A stretch of 64,000 nt of DNA from an uncultured Spirochaetota bacterium (GCA_963734495.1 CAVTHK010000015.1:1-64000); one strand, 5' to 3'. Positions 43,380 to 54,874 are shown, counted from the first letter of the stretch. Translations and numbers: made by a program. Notes: generated by a model not told the origin, from the sequence alone.

Positions 43380-43896
43380 ATGGACAGGACGCTCCGTTTC
43401 GTGCTGGTATCCGCCGTCGTGCTCGCGGCCGCCGTCATCCTGCAGTCGACGGCGCTCGAGTACGTGGCGATCCGCGGGCGTCAAGCCGGACCTGGCCCTG
43501 ATCGTGCTCGTATTCGTCGCGGTGCACGGCGGGCCGATGGCGGGCCAGGTGTCGGGGTTCATCGCCGGCCTGGTGCAGGATTTCCTGAGCCTGCCGCCGC
43601 TCGGCATGGGCGCACTGGTGCGCACCACGATCGGGTTCGTCTACGGGAGGCTCCAGGGCGCGCTGTCCGCCGGCTCGGTGCTCGCTCCCGTTCTGCTGGT
43701 CCTCCTGGCCACCGTGATGAAGGGCGCGCTGCTCTGGCTGGCCGCGAGCCTCCTGGCGCCCGCCTTTCGGCTCAAGTTCACGGTGGGCTCGCTGATCGAG
43801 CTGGGCTACAACTCGCTGCTCGCGCCGCTCGCGTTCGCGGCGCTCGGCCGCATCAAGGCCCTGCAGGACACGGACCGCAAGGAGGGATCGCCGTGA
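43380..43896 (+). CDS. mreD: Rod shape-determining protein MreD (frameshift ~43475)
   Basis: ILQST..GVKPDLALI..GFIAGLVQDFLSLPPLG; operon position. Confidence 0.9.
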
Positions 43897-45761
43897 GCGA
43901 TCGGCAGGTCGGGCGGTCCGCGCTCGTGCGCGGGCGGCTTCTTGCTCTGGCTTCGGTCACCGTCGGTGTGTTCCTGCTGCTCGCCACCAAGCTCTTCACG
44001 CTGCAGGTCGTCAATCGGCGCGAGTACGCGCGGCGGGCCGAGGAGGTTGCCAGCCGCTCGGAGACCATCGAGGCGCCGCGCGGGCGGATCTTCGACCGCC
44101 AGATGGACGTGCCCGCTCGCCACGAACACGGACTCATTCGCCGTCGAGATCGTGCCCGGCGAGGTGCCGCGGGCCGATTTCGACCAGGATCCTGCGTGCG
44201 TCTGCCGCCTCGTGAGCGCCGACGTCGCGGAGGTGCGCGAGCGCATCAACGTCGCGCAGCCAGCGCTCCTTCGAGCCCGTCGTCGTCAAGTCGAGCGTGC
44301 CCAGGGAGACGGTGTACTACCCTGGCGGAGCACGCGCAGGACTACCCGGGCGTGCGGTGGCGGAGCCGGCCCGGCCGAGACTACCTCGAGGGCGGGTCGC
44401 TGGCGCACGTGCTCGGGTACGTGGCGAACATCACCGGCGAGGAATACCAGCTTCTGTACAACAAGGGCTACGCGTTCAACGCCGTCGTCGGCAAGAGCGG
44501 CATCGAGCAGGTCTACGACGAGACGCTCAGGGGCAAGGACGGCCGCCGGATGGAGATCGTCGACGTCAAGGGCCAGACGGCGGGCGAGGGGGCCGTTCGC
44601 TACATCCCCCCGCGGGCCGGCAAGGACCTGGTCCTGACGATCGACCGCGACATACAGACCCTCAGCGAGAAGGCGCTCGGTCACCGCAAGGGCTCGGTGA
44701 TCGTGCTGCGGCCTGCCACGGGCGAGATCCTGGCCATGGTGTCCTACCCGTACTTCGACCAGAACATCTTCTCCCAGGGCGCCGACAAGGAGCGCTTCAA
44801 CGAGCTCGCCCTCGACCCCGAGTCGCCGTTCCTCAACCGCGCCGTGCAGTCCGCGTATCCGCCCGCATCGGTGTTCAAGCTGGTGCTCACGACCGCTCTC
44901 GCCGAGGAGGACCTGTTCCCGCTCGACCGCGTGGTCAACTGCACGGGCAGCATCCGGGTGGGCGACCGCATCTTCAACTGCTGGAAGAAGACCGGCCACG
45001 GGCCGCTCGACCTGATGGGCGGGCTGGCGCAGTCGTGCGACGTCTACTTCTGGACGGTCGGCCTGGAGGCGATCGGGGTCGAGCGCATCGTGCGCTACGC
45101 CGACATGTACGGGCTTGGCGCGCCTTCGGGCATCGACCTCCCCCGCGAGGCCTCCGGGTTCGTGCCGTCGCCCCGCTGGAAGGAACAGAAGCTTCACGCG
45201 CCGTGGGTCGGCGGTGACACGATGAACCTGTCCATCGGCCAGGGCTGGACCCTCGTGACTCCGCTGCAGATCGCCGACATGGTGGCCATGATCGTGAACC
45301 AGGGTGTGACCTACCGGCCCCATATCGTCAAGGAGATTCGCGACGCCGCCACCGGGGCCGTAGTGGAGAGGCGCGAGCCGGAGGTGCTGCGGACCTCGTC
45401 GGTCAGCAAGGAAGCGTTCGCCATCGTGCAGAAGGCCATGCGCGAAGTGGTCACCGGCGGGACGGCCGAATACGTGCTGTCGACAAAGGCGGTCGAGGCC
45501 GCGGCCAAGACCGGGACGGGCGAGATCGGCCTCGACGAGAGCTGGCACTCCTGGTTCGTCACCTATGCGCCGTACCAGACGGACGACCCGATGCAGAGGG
45601 TCGTGGTGGTCGTCATGGTCGAGGCGACCGAGGGCGAGTACGAATGGTGGGCGCCCAAGGCCGGCAACGCGATCCTCCAGGGGATCTTCGCCCACCAGAC
45701 CTTCGAGCAGGCCGCCAAGGCCCTGGGACTTCCGTACCTCCTGGAGAGCCGCTCGCCATGA
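43893..45761 (+). CDS. mrdA: Penicillin-binding protein 2 (frameshifted)
   Basis: APRGRIFDR, HVLGYV, GKSGIE, YPPASVFK (SxxK), QSCDVYF, AKTGT. Confidence 0.93.
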   Translation: MSDRQVGRSALVRGRLLALASVTVGVFLLLATKLFTLQVVNRREYARRAEEVASRSETIEAPRGRIFDRQMDVPARHEHGLIRRRDRARRGAAGRFRPGSCVRLPPRERRRRGGARAHQRRAASAPSSPSSSSRACPGRRCTTLAEHAQDYPGVRWRSRPGRDYLEGGSLAHVLGYVANITGEEYQLLYNKGYAFNAVVGKSGIEQVYDETLRGKDGRRMEIVDVKGQTAGEGAVRYIPPRAGKDLVLTIDRDIQTLSEKALGHRKGSVIVLRPATGEILAMVSYPYFDQNIFSQGADKERFNELALDPESPFLNRAVQSAYPPASVFKLVLTTALAEEDLFPLDRVVNCTGSIRVGDRIFNCWKKTGHGPLDLMGGLAQSCDVYFWTVGLEAIGVERIVRYADMYGLGAPSGIDLPREASGFVPSPRWKEQKLHAPWVGGDTMNLSIGQGWTLVTPLQIADMVAMIVNQGVTYRPHIVKEIRDAATGAVVERREPEVLRTSSVSKEAFAIVQKAMREVVTGGTAEYVLSTKAVEAAAKTGTGEIGLDESWHSWFVTYAPYQTDDPMQRVVVVVMVEATEGEYEWWAPKAGNAILQGIFAHQTFEQAAKALGLPYLLESRSP

Positions 45762-47072
45762 TGCGGCAGAGCTCGGTCCTCGGGGTCGACCTCGCCCTGC
45801 TTGCCGCCACCGTGTTCCTGATGGTCGCAGGCGTGCTCTTCATCTACTCGAGCGGGGTCGGCGCGTCCGGCGAATCCGCCAACCGGGAGTACGTCAAGCA
45901 GATCGTCTGGGCCGTGACCGGCATCGGCGCTGCTGATGGCGTTCGCCCTGACCAACTACGGACGCCTCGCGCCGATGGCCTTCCCCATCTATTTCGGGTG
46001 TCTCGCCGTGCTCCTGTTCACGCTGGCGTTCGGCAAGGTGGTGAACGGCGCGCGGTCCTGGCTCGGCGTGGGCGACCTGGGGGTTCAACCTTCGGAGTTC
46101 ACCAAGCTGGGGACCATCCTCGCCCTCGCGAGCTTCCTCGGGTCATCCGGGCGCAGGATCCGCGAGGTGCCGCGCTTCCTGATCGGGTTCGGGATCGTTC
46201 TCGTGCCGATGGGGCTGATCCTGATGCAGCCCGACATGGGGACCGCGCTCGTCTACGTGCCCGTCTTTCTCGCGATGGCTCTGGTGGCGGGAGCGCGTCT
46301 GGACCATCTCGGGTTTCTGGGGGGCGCCGGCCTCCTGACCGTGGTCCTGAGCGTCCTGCCCGCGTATGAGCGCACGCTCGCCGAGCGGCCCGGGTCGAAT
46401 CTGGAGGCGGCGCTCTCCTGGGACCGGATGGGGATCTTTGTCGCGGCCCTCGTCCTCGTGCTCGCGGCCGCCGCCGTCGGGTACCTTTTCTCGAAGCGGA
46501 GGCATTTCTACTGGATCGGCTACGCGGCGGCGGTCCTCACGGCGGGGCTCATCGGATCGTTCGTGGCGCGCTCGGTGCTCAAGGACTACCAGCTGATGCG
46601 CCTCATCATCTTCCTCGACCCGGCGGTCGACCCTCGCGGCGCCGGCTGGAACATCATCCAGTCCGTGACCGCCATCGGAAGCGGCGGGATATGGGGCAAG
46701 GGGTTCCTGCACGGGACGCAGAGTCGCTTCAACTACCTGCCGCAGCAGAGCACGGACTTCATCTTTTCGACCCTGGCGGAGGAGTGGGGCTTCTTCGGGG
46801 CGCTTCTGGTGCTGTTGGCCTTTCTCGTGATCATGCTGCGCGGGGTGCGCATCCTCTCCTATGCGCGCGACGAGTTCGCGCTCTACGCCGGGACCGGCAT
46901 CGTGGCGATGATCCTGTTCCACGTTCTCGTCAACGTGGGCATGACCATGGGGATCATGCCGATCACGGGGATCCCGCTGCCGTTCCTCTCGGCGGGCGGC
47001 TCCTCGCTGTGGACCATGTGCATGGGGGTGGGGATCCTGCTCAACGTGTACCTGCGGCGTTATCGTTACTAG
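45758..47072 (+). CDS. rodA: SEDS peptidoglycan polymerase RodA (frameshift ~45935)
   Basis: GARSWL, QPSEFTK, QPDMGT, QSVTAIGSGG, TDFIFS, PITGIPLPFLSAGGS. Confidence 0.95.
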
Positions 47073-47089
47073 CGGGAACTGTTACCGAC

Positions 47090-49506
47090 GTGGACGCAAT
47101 AGAGCGGGCTCTGCGGCGCGTAGCCCGGCCGGGGCGATACGCCGGCGGCGAGTACGGCAGCGTGGCGCGAGGCGGCCCGGGGCTGTTCCGCGTCGCGGTT
47201 TCGTATCCCGATCTGTACGAGATCGGGATGTCGAATCTCGCGATCCACATCCTCTACAATCGCATCAACGCGCTCGACGGCGTCGTCTGCGAGAGGGTCT
47301 TCGCGCCGGACACGGACCTCGAGCGGGAGCTGCGCAGCGCGGGCCTCCCGCTGTTCACGCTGGAGAGCCGCACGCCCCTCGCGGAGATGGACCTCATCGG
47401 GTTCTCTCTGGGCTACGAGATGACCCTCACCAACATGCTGGCGATCCTGGATCTGGGCGGCGTCCCCGTCGAAGCGGGTGCCCGGTCCGCGGGCGATCCG
47501 ATCGTCATCGCCGGAGGACCGGTCGCCTCGAATCCTCTTCCTCTCTCGCGGTTCGTGGATGGCGCGTTCGTCGGCGAAGCGGAGGACTGGGTGGGGGAGG
47601 CGCTGCCGGCCCTGGCGGCCATGAAGCGCGGCGGGGCCGCCCGCGCCGAGATGCTCGCGCGGATGCAGCGAGCACCCCTCCGTGTGGGCGCCGCAGGCGG
47701 GACGGAAAGCCCGCCGCGCGGTCTGGAGCGGCTTCGCCGACGCGGCCGGGAGCTCGGTCATGCCGGTACCGAGCCTCAAGGTCGTTCAGGACCACGGGAA
47801 CGTGGAGATCATGCGGGGGTGCCCCAACGGCTGCCGATTCTGCCACGCGGGCATGTTCGGCAGGCCGGCGCGGATCAAAGAGCCGGCGGACATCCTCGCG
47901 GAGGTCGGCCGTGTCGTCGCCGAGGGAGGGCACCGGGAGGTGACGCTCGCCTCGCTCTCGTCCGCGGACTACACGGGGCTCCCGGACCTGCTGCGCGCGC
48001 TCAACGGCCTCTACGGGGCCCGCGGGGTCTCCTTCTCGGTGCCGTCGCTCAAAGTCGAGTCCGTCGGCGCGGACCTGTTCGCTGAGCTCTCCGCCGTGCG
48101 CCGCAGCGGGCTCACGTTCGCGGTCGAGACGCCCGGCTGCTTCCGGCAGCGCGGCTTGAACAAGGAGGTGCCGGTCGACAGGGTCGTTGCCATCCTGCGG
48201 GAGGCGAAGTCCAACGGGTGGCGCAGCGCGAAGTTCTACTTCATGGTCGGGCTCCCGCTGCCGGGCGGCGAGCGCGAGTCGGAGGAGATCGTCGAGCTGC
48301 TCGAGCGGGTCGGCCGCGACTCCGGGATGTTCCTGAACGTCAACGTCGCCACCTTTATCCCGAAGCCGCACACGCCGTTCCAGTGGGCGCGTCAGCTCGG
48401 CGAGGCCGAGGCGCTCGACCGGATCATGAGCGTGCGGCGCGCCCTTCCGAAGGCCCGCTTCAAGGTCGGCTACCACGCTCCCTTCACCTCCGTGCTGGAG
48501 GGCATCGTGTCGCGGGGCGACGAGCGCGCCGGGGACCTGGTGCTCGCGGCGTACCGGGCGGGCGCCCGGCTCGACGCGTGGGAGGAGCGTATCCGCTGGG
48601 ACCTGTGGCGCGAGGCGATCGCGGGCGCCGGCTGGGACGTGCTGGGCGAGTCGCTGCGGGCCCGCGCGCTCGACGAGCCGCTCCCCTGGGACGGCATCGA
48701 CTCCCGCATCTCGCGGAAGTTCCTCGCGGAAGAGTGGGCGAGGGCGCAGCGCGGCGAGATGACCAGGCCGTGCGACGTTTCCTGCGCGACCCCCTGCGGC
48801 GCCTGCGGGCCGAAGCTGCGCGTGCGCCGCGCGCCCGCCCGGTCGATCGACGTGGCGGCAGCCGCCGTTCCGGCGCCCACCGCGGGGACGAAGACGCGGG
48901 TCCTCTTCGAGTTCTCGAAGCTGGACCGGGCCGCTTTGATCAGCCACCTCGATCTGATGGGAGTCATGGAGAAGGCCTTCGTACGGGCGGGATTTCTCGT
49001 GGCGTTCACCGAGGGGCACAACCCGAAGCCCCGGCTGGAGTTCGCGAGCCCCCTCGCCCTCGGCGTCGAGTCTTCGGCCGAGGCGGCCGCGGTCGATCTG
49101 CTGAACTACGCGGGGGCGGCCGACTTCGCGGCGAGGCTCGGCGCGGCGCTGCCCGCGGGGCTCTCCGTGGTACGCGCAGCGGAGCTCGGCGGTCCGCGGA
49201 AGCCGTCGCTCGCGGCCCGCGTCTGGGGCGCCGACTACGAGGTGCGATGGACGGGCGCGGCCGCCCTGGCCGCGGCGCTGGCCGGCGGACGTCTGCCCGC
49301 AGGGACCGTTGACCGCGGTTCGCGTCGACGGCGAAGTCCTCGGCGTGAGGCACAGGCACCTGCAGAAGAAGGGCACCGCGCTGCTCGACGTGCTGGAGCG
49401 CGCGCTCGGGGCAAGCCCGCTCGCCGAGGGCGTGGAGGTGCGGCGGGTGGGGCTCCTGGCCGACGGCGAGGCGCCCCTGTTCGCCGCTGTCAGCCTTCAG
49501 CTTTGA
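47090..49506 (+). CDS. TIGR03960-type radical SAM protein fused to TIGR03936-type domain (frameshifted)
   Basis: PGRYAGGE, YPDLYEIGMSN, EIMRGCPNGCRFC (CxxxCxxC), FIPKPHTPFQW; C-terminal ISHLDLM..FTEGHNPKPRLEFASPLALG. Confidence 0.88.
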
Positions 49507-50272
49507 TCTGGTCCCAGATCCTGTCCATCTCCGCGAGATCGACGTCCTGGAATTCGCGGCCGCTCGCCTTGAGGCGCGTCTCCAGCTCGCGGAAGCGGGT
49601 CTCGAACTTGCGGTTCGAGGCGCCGAGCGCCATCGCCGGGTCCACTTTGAGGAGGCGGGCCAGGTTGACGACCGTGAACAGCAGGTCGCCGATTTCGCCT
49701 TCGAGGGCGCGGGGGTCGGCCGCCGCTTCGCGCGTCTCGGCGATCTCTTCCTGCAGCTTGTCGTAGACGGGCTCGGGCCCGGGCCAGTCGAAACCCACCC
49801 GCGCGGCTTTCTTCTGCAGCCCGAGCGCCCGCTCGAGCTGAGGCAGCGACGCGGGGACGCCGTCGATGGCGCTCGCGGGCTTCTCCTTGCCGTTCTCGCC
49901 CTGCTTGATCCGCTGCCACTGCTCGAGGATGCGTCCCACGTCCTGCTCGCGCTTCTCCCCGAAGACGTGGGGATGCCTGCGGATGAGCTTCGCGCAGACG
50001 CCCTCGACGGCGTCCGCAAGGGACAGCCTCCCGCTCTCCTCTTCGATCGCGGCGATCAGCGATGCCACCATCAAGAGGTCCCCGATCTCCTCGCAGAGGT
50101 TGGCCGCGTCCCCGCGGTCGATGGCGTCGACGCACTCGTACGTTTCCTCGATCAGGCTCGTTCGCAGGCTCGACGATGTCTGCTTCTGGTCCCACGCGCA
50201 GCCCTCGGGCCCGCGCAGGTGCTTCACGATGGTGTAGAGCCTCTCGAACAGGGAGCCGGTTGTCGCGCTCAC
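49490..50272 (-). CDS. mazG: Nucleoside triphosphate pyrophosphohydrolase MazG
   Basis: LRGPEGCAWDQKQT, EETYE, EEIGDLL, KLIRRHPHVF, VGFDW, EIGDLLF, KFETRF. Confidence 0.95.
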   Translation of the reverse strand: MSATTGSLFERLYTIVKHLRGPEGCAWDQKQTSSSLRTSLIEETYECVDAIDRGDAANLCEEIGDLLMVASLIAAIEEESGRLSLADAVEGVCAKLIRRHPHVFGEKREQDVGRILEQWQRIKQGENGKEKPASAIDGVPASLPQLERALGLQKKAARVGFDWPGPEPVYDKLQEEIAETREAAADPRALEGEIGDLLFTVVNLARLLKVDPAMALGASNRKFETRFRELETRLKASGREFQDVDLAEMDRIWDQIKAEG

Positions 50273-50390
50273 GTTACCCCGCCCGCCGCGGTCGGAGGCC
50301 GCGGCTTCCACTGGATGCGGACGACCATAGCAGTTGGAGCGCCGAGCCTCAAGCGGCCTCGAGCCGGGGCCGCGTGACCTCACGGTTGCG

Positions 50391-50419
50391 TTGACACCAC
50401 GATGCAAAGCGCATATCCT
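50391..50419 (+). promoter_or_regulatory. Sigma70-type promoter of rpe
   Basis: TTGACA-N17-TATCCT. Confidence 0.65.
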
Positions 50420-50491
50420 CGAAATCCGTCCGCGGCGCCCGGGCGGGCGGCCGCGTTCCGGAGCAGGAGCAGACTGAAGGCGAGAGGCAGG

Positions 50492-51148
50492 ATGAAGGCG
50501 ACGCTGGTGGCTCCGTCGATCCTCTCGGCGGACTTTTCCCGAGTCGGGTCTGAGCTCGCGCGGATCGACGCCTCGGGCGCCGACTGGGTCCACCTCGACG
50601 TGATGGACGGGAGCTTCGTCCCCCCGATCACGTTCGGCGCCAAGATGGTCGCGGACCTCAGGTCCCACTCGCGGCTGCCTTTCGACGCGCACCTGATGGT
50701 GGTGCACCCCGAGACGTTCGTGCGCGATTTCGTCGAGGCCGGTGCCGACCGTGTCACCGTGCACGCCGAGGCCACGCCGCACCTGCACCGCTGCCTCGCC
50801 GAGATCGGCGCCCTCGGCGCCGCGCCGGGCGTCGCCGTCAATCCCGCCACCCCGCTCGAGGCGGTCCTCGAGGTCCTCGAGGCCGTGAAGCTGGTTCTGG
50901 TAATGACCGTCAACCCCGGCTTCGGCGGACAGCAGCTCATCCCGCGCACCCTGGAAAAGGTCGCGCGCCTCGCGCGCGTGCGCGAAGAACGGTCGCTCGA
51001 CTTCCTGATCGAGGTGGACGGGGGAATCAACGAGAGCACGGCGGGCGACGCGCGGAGCGCCGGGGCCGACGTTCTCGTGACCGGGTCGTCGTTCTTCACC
51101 GCCGCGGCGCCCGACCGCTACGTGCAGGCGCTGCGCGGCGGGGGGTGA
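50492..51148 (+). CDS. rpe: Ribulose-phosphate 3-epimerase
   Basis: APSILSADF, HLDVMDGSFVP, DAHLM, MTVNPGFGGQ, EVDGG. Confidence 0.97.
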   Translation: MKATLVAPSILSADFSRVGSELARIDASGADWVHLDVMDGSFVPPITFGAKMVADLRSHSRLPFDAHLMVVHPETFVRDFVEAGADRVTVHAEATPHLHRCLAEIGALGAAPGVAVNPATPLEAVLEVLEAVKLVLVMTVNPGFGGQQLIPRTLEKVARLARVREERSLDFLIEVDGGINESTAGDARSAGADVLVTGSSFFTAAAPDRYVQALRGGG

Positions 51149-51201
51149 GGCTTCAGGCCGCGGCTCGATGATGCCGAAAGTGTAAAGGGGATCCCTTCCT
51201 T

Positions 51202-52128
51202 ATGAGACGTAGCGTGGTTGCAGCCCTTCTCCTCGCCGCCGCCCTGCTCGGCGCGCAGGATGCGGGCCTTGCCGCCGGCATCTCGTCGCTCGAGGCGGGC
51301 GACTACCCCGCCGCGATCCGCGCGCTCGACGGCGTCGTGGCGGACCCCGCGCAGTCGGCCTTCCATGCGGACGCCTACCTCCTGCTGGCCAAGGCCCAGA
51401 TCGCGGTCGGATCGTTGCCGAAGGCGGTGGCGGCCCTCGAGTACTACCTGCTCAACTTTCCGAAGCACCGATCCTACGCGGAGGGCGTCTATCTCAAGGG
51501 AAGGCTGCTCTACCTGCAGGGCGACTACGAAAACGCCATCGTCGCGCTGCAGAGGTTCCTCAAGAGCTACCCGGGGACCGCGTTCGAGCCCAACGCGACC
51601 TACTACATCGGCGAGTCGCTGTTCGCCCTCGGGCGACTGGACGAGGCGCTGGCGCCGATGCGGGAGCTCGTGGCCCGCTGGCCGGACAGCGCCAAGGCCG
51701 AGGCCGCAAGGTACCGGGTCTCGGTGATCGAGCTCCACAAGCGCGAGGCCGAGCTGCTGAACCTGCTCAAGGCCAGCCACGAGGAGACGCTCAGGGCCGT
51801 CGAGGACTCCCGGAACCAGGAGCGAAGCTACGAGCAGGCGATCACGGCCTATCAGCGCCGCCTCGCGGGCGAGGGCTCCGACTCCCAGAAACAGGTGGTG
51901 TCGCTCGAGCAGCAGCTCGCAGCCCGCGACCGCGAGCTGCAGAGCCTGCGTGCGCAGGTGGACGCCCTGACAAAGCAGCTCGGGCAGGCCGGAAGCGCGC
52001 CAACGGGCGCCGCCGCACCGGCCACGGCGGCCGGCAACGAGGCGACCGCACGCCTGCTCAAGACCAAGGAGCAGGCCCTCGACCTCAAGGAGCGGCTGAT
52101 CCGCAGGCTCGGCGGGGGGGGCAGGTGA
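51202..52128 (+). CDS. Secreted TPR protein (CpoB/BamD-like repeats) with C-terminal coiled coil
   Basis: Signal peptide; YLKGRLLYLQGDYENAI, FLKSYPG..NATYYIGESL; coiled coil tail. Confidence 0.8.
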   Translation: MRRSVVAALLLAAALLGAQDAGLAAGISSLEAGDYPAAIRALDGVVADPAQSAFHADAYLLLAKAQIAVGSLPKAVAALEYYLLNFPKHRSYAEGVYLKGRLLYLQGDYENAIVALQRFLKSYPGTAFEPNATYYIGESLFALGRLDEALAPMRELVARWPDSAKAEAARYRVSVIELHKREAELLNLLKASHEETLRAVEDSRNQERSYEQAITAYQRRLAGEGSDSQKQVVSLEQQLAARDRELQSLRAQVDALTKQLGQAGSAPTGAAAPATAAGNEATARLLKTKEQALDLKERLIRRLGGGGR

Positions 52129-53174
52129 TGAGGCGCCTCGCGGCTTTCTCGCTCGTGCTGCTCGCCGTGCTCGCGACAGGCCCCGCGGCGCAAGCGCTCG
52201 AAATCGACCAGGGACGCCTCAGGCTCAGGCTGGAGGAGGGGATCGGCCGCTTCAGCCTCTCCTATCTCCCCGATCGGCCAGGGGCCGGCTACATTCCCCT
52301 CCTGCTCGCCGACGACCCGCGCACGACCGTGCTGACGCTCGTCGAGGGCAACCGGGTGCACCGGATGGGAGAGACCGCGGCCTTCGCCGAGAAGCTCGAG
52401 AGAACGCGGGAGGGCGCGCAGTTCGTCTGGACGGGAAAGACCCTCGAAGTGACGGAGCGGTTCGGGTTCGTCGCGTCTTCCGGCAGCGTGCTCGCAGACG
52501 GTGTAAGGATCGACATCGTGGTCCGCAACGTAGGCGAAGCGGCCCGCAGCGTGGGCCTGCGCTACCTGTTCGACACCTGGCTCGGGGAGGGCAGCGGGCT
52601 GCACTTCTGGACGCCCGCGGCGCCGAGGATCGACCGCGAGTACATGCTGGTGCCGGGGGACGCGGAGCCGTTCTGGGTTTCGTCGGCATCCAAGGGCGGC
52701 GAGGGGCTGCAGGTGATGGTGAGCGGGCCGGGAATCACGAAGCCGGACCGGGTGCTCTTCGCGAACTGGAAGCGCCTGAACGAGGCCTCGTACGGCTACG
52801 AGACCGCGTCCACCCGCAACTTCAACCAGCTGCCCTATTCGATCAACGATTCCGCGGTCGCGCAGTACTACCTGCCGAAGGATCTGCAGGCGGGCCAGAC
52901 GCTCACCGTGACCCTCGTGATGGGCCTCTATAACGCGAAGGGGTTCAGCGCGGACCTCGCAGCCCGTTCCACGGAGGTCAGCCGGATCGTGGAGAAGGCG
53001 GCCGCGGCGACCACCGCGGTCACCGACCCGACCCTGGCCCTCAAGAGCGACCTCGAGACGATCGACAAGCTCATAGCCGAGATCGACAGGCAGCTCGCTT
53101 CCGGGCAGGTTGCCGAGGCCGACCTCCCGCTCATGGAAAAACTGATCGCGGACCTGCAGGCCAAGTACAGGTAG
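52125..53174 (+). CDS. Secreted hypothetical protein
   Basis: Signal peptide; VGLRYLFDTWLGE, FANWKRL, YSINDSAV; translationally coupled to upstream gene. Confidence 0.75.
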   Translation: MMRRLAAFSLVLLAVLATGPAAQALEIDQGRLRLRLEEGIGRFSLSYLPDRPGAGYIPLLLADDPRTTVLTLVEGNRVHRMGETAAFAEKLERTREGAQFVWTGKTLEVTERFGFVASSGSVLADGVRIDIVVRNVGEAARSVGLRYLFDTWLGEGSGLHFWTPAAPRIDREYMLVPGDAEPFWVSSASKGGEGLQVMVSGPGITKPDRVLFANWKRLNEASYGYETASTRNFNQLPYSINDSAVAQYYLPKDLQAGQTLTVTLVMGLYNAKGFSADLAARSTEVSRIVEKAAAATTAVTDPTLALKSDLETIDKLIAEIDRQLASGQVAEADLPLMEKLIADLQAKYR

Positions 53175-53176
53175 CA

Positions 53177-54226
53177 ATGGCTGGGGATCTCTCGAAGGCG
53201 CAGAAGCTGCTGCGGGCGCGGCGCTTCCGGCAGGTGATCCGCCTGCTGGAGCCGGAGGTCTTCCGTTTCCGCCAGAGCTTCCAGTACTTCTACGTCCTGG
53301 GGCAGGCAAGCCTCTACGCCGGGGACTTCGCCTCCGCCGCCTCTTACCTCGAGCGCGCCCGCGGGCTGGGCGACGACGAGCGCGTGCTGACGGCGCTCGC
53401 CGCGGTGCAGCTCGCCCGCGGTCAGAAGGACGCGTGCCTGAAGACGTGGCTGGAGGTCGTCGACCGGTGGCCGCGGAACCGCCAGGCGCGTCGCGGGCTG
53501 CGGCTGCTGCGCCGGGGCGGCGAGCCCGCGGAGCTCTCGGGGCGGCCCGGCCTGATGCGCTCGCTGTATCCGCCGCTGCCGCGGCGAGTGGCGCCGCTGC
53601 TGTTCGCCTGCCTCGCCGCCGCGGTCATAGCCGCGGGCGCCTATGCCGCGGTCCGATACCTTCCGCCCCCCCGGCGCGCCGGCGTGCCCGACCTCTCGCT
53701 TCCGGCCAGCCCGCTCATCGCGCCCTCCCGCCCGGGAGCCCTGTACGTTCTCAGCGAGCGGGAGGTCCGGCAGATCTTCGAGCGGGCCAAGTCCCTGCTG
53801 CTGAGCTATCGGGACAACGAGGCCTGCGTCGAGCTGAACCGACTCCTGCTCTCCAACGCGGGCCAGGCGGTGCGGGACCGGGCCGCCATGCTCAAGTCGT
53901 ACGTGCGCGGCTTCGATTTCGCCAGCACGGGCCGCTCGTACAGCTGGGCGGAGACGAGCGTCGAGCCGAGGCTGTACGACGGCTGCTTCGTGCGCTGGCG
54001 CGGCCGCGCGGCGAACTACCGCAGCGACGCATCAGGGGCGAGGTTCGACTTTCTCGTGGGCTACGAGCGGGGCACCGAGCTTCTCGGCATCGTGCCCGCG
54101 ACGCTCTCCTTTGCCGCGGACATCGCCGCCGGAGACAACCTGGAGGTCATCGGCAGGCTGCTGGTCGGCGAGGGGCGTTCCCTCCGCCTGGAGATCACTT
54201 CGCTGCGGCAGATCGTCCCGAAGTAG
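53177..54226 (+). CDS. TPR-containing membrane protein
   Basis: N-terminal TPR-like helices, central TM, C-terminal WRGRAAN..FDFLVGY domain. Confidence 0.75.
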   Translation: MAGDLSKAQKLLRARRFRQVIRLLEPEVFRFRQSFQYFYVLGQASLYAGDFASAASYLERARGLGDDERVLTALAAVQLARGQKDACLKTWLEVVDRWPRNRQARRGLRLLRRGGEPAELSGRPGLMRSLYPPLPRRVAPLLFACLAAAVIAAGAYAAVRYLPPPRRAGVPDLSLPASPLIAPSRPGALYVLSEREVRQIFERAKSLLLSYRDNEACVELNRLLLSNAGQAVRDRAAMLKSYVRGFDFASTGRSYSWAETSVEPRLYDGCFVRWRGRAANYRSDASGARFDFLVGYERGTELLGIVPATLSFAADIAAGDNLEVIGRLLVGEGRSLRLEITSLRQIVPK

Positions 54227-54874
54227 AAGCTCCGCGACCCGGCGGGCCTCGCGCACGACCTCCGCGTCTCTCGACGCGCGGCCTATCGCGATCACCGGCT
54301 GCGCAAGCTCCTGCCCCCCGACCGCTTCCGCTGCCGCGAGCGCCGCGAAGATCTCCCGCCGGGGCGCGCCGCTCGCGCGGCCGCCGCTGCCGGCGAGGGT
54401 TTCGGCCAGCGTCGCGAGCTCCGCGGCGAGCATGGGCCTGGCGCGGCGCGCCCCGGCTTGCGGCGCGAGCCGCAGCACGGCGACCCGCGCGTGCCCGTCG
54501 TCGAGCGCAGGCAGCGCGGCGAGCAGGCGCGAAAGCGCCGCCGGGTTCGTCCGCGCCCACCTCGCCGCGGCATCTGCGCCGGCCGTCACCCGCATGAGGT
54601 AGGCTCCGACAAGATGAGCGCCCCGCGGCGACACACCCTGCGGCGACACGCCCCGCGGCGAATGTTGATAAAGGAGCGCCGCAATGATATCCTCGACGTA
54701 CCCGTCCCGGCGCTCCGCGAGGGCGCGGATCGCGGCTTCTGCGGTGTCGAGGTCGTAGTCCAGGAGCAGGGAGAGAACGACGGGATTCTCGTACCGCGAG
54801 CCGGTTCGTATCCAGTCGTAGCTCTGGCCGAAAGCGGCGGCGGCGCACAGTAGCAGCACGGCACAGGCGCGCAA
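54200..54874 (-). CDS. Secreted HEAT/ARM-like hypothetical protein (3' end uncertain)
   Basis: Signal [16 protein letters not shown]; Ala/Leu-rich helices; the ORF reads ~190 nt into the convergent gene, so the true stop is probably near 54200-54230. Confidence 0.55.

Noticed and set aside
51150-51185. Possible sigma28 promoter (TCAG..GCCGAAAG) before the TPR gene
   Set aside because: Weak -35 and spacing one base off; not supportable.
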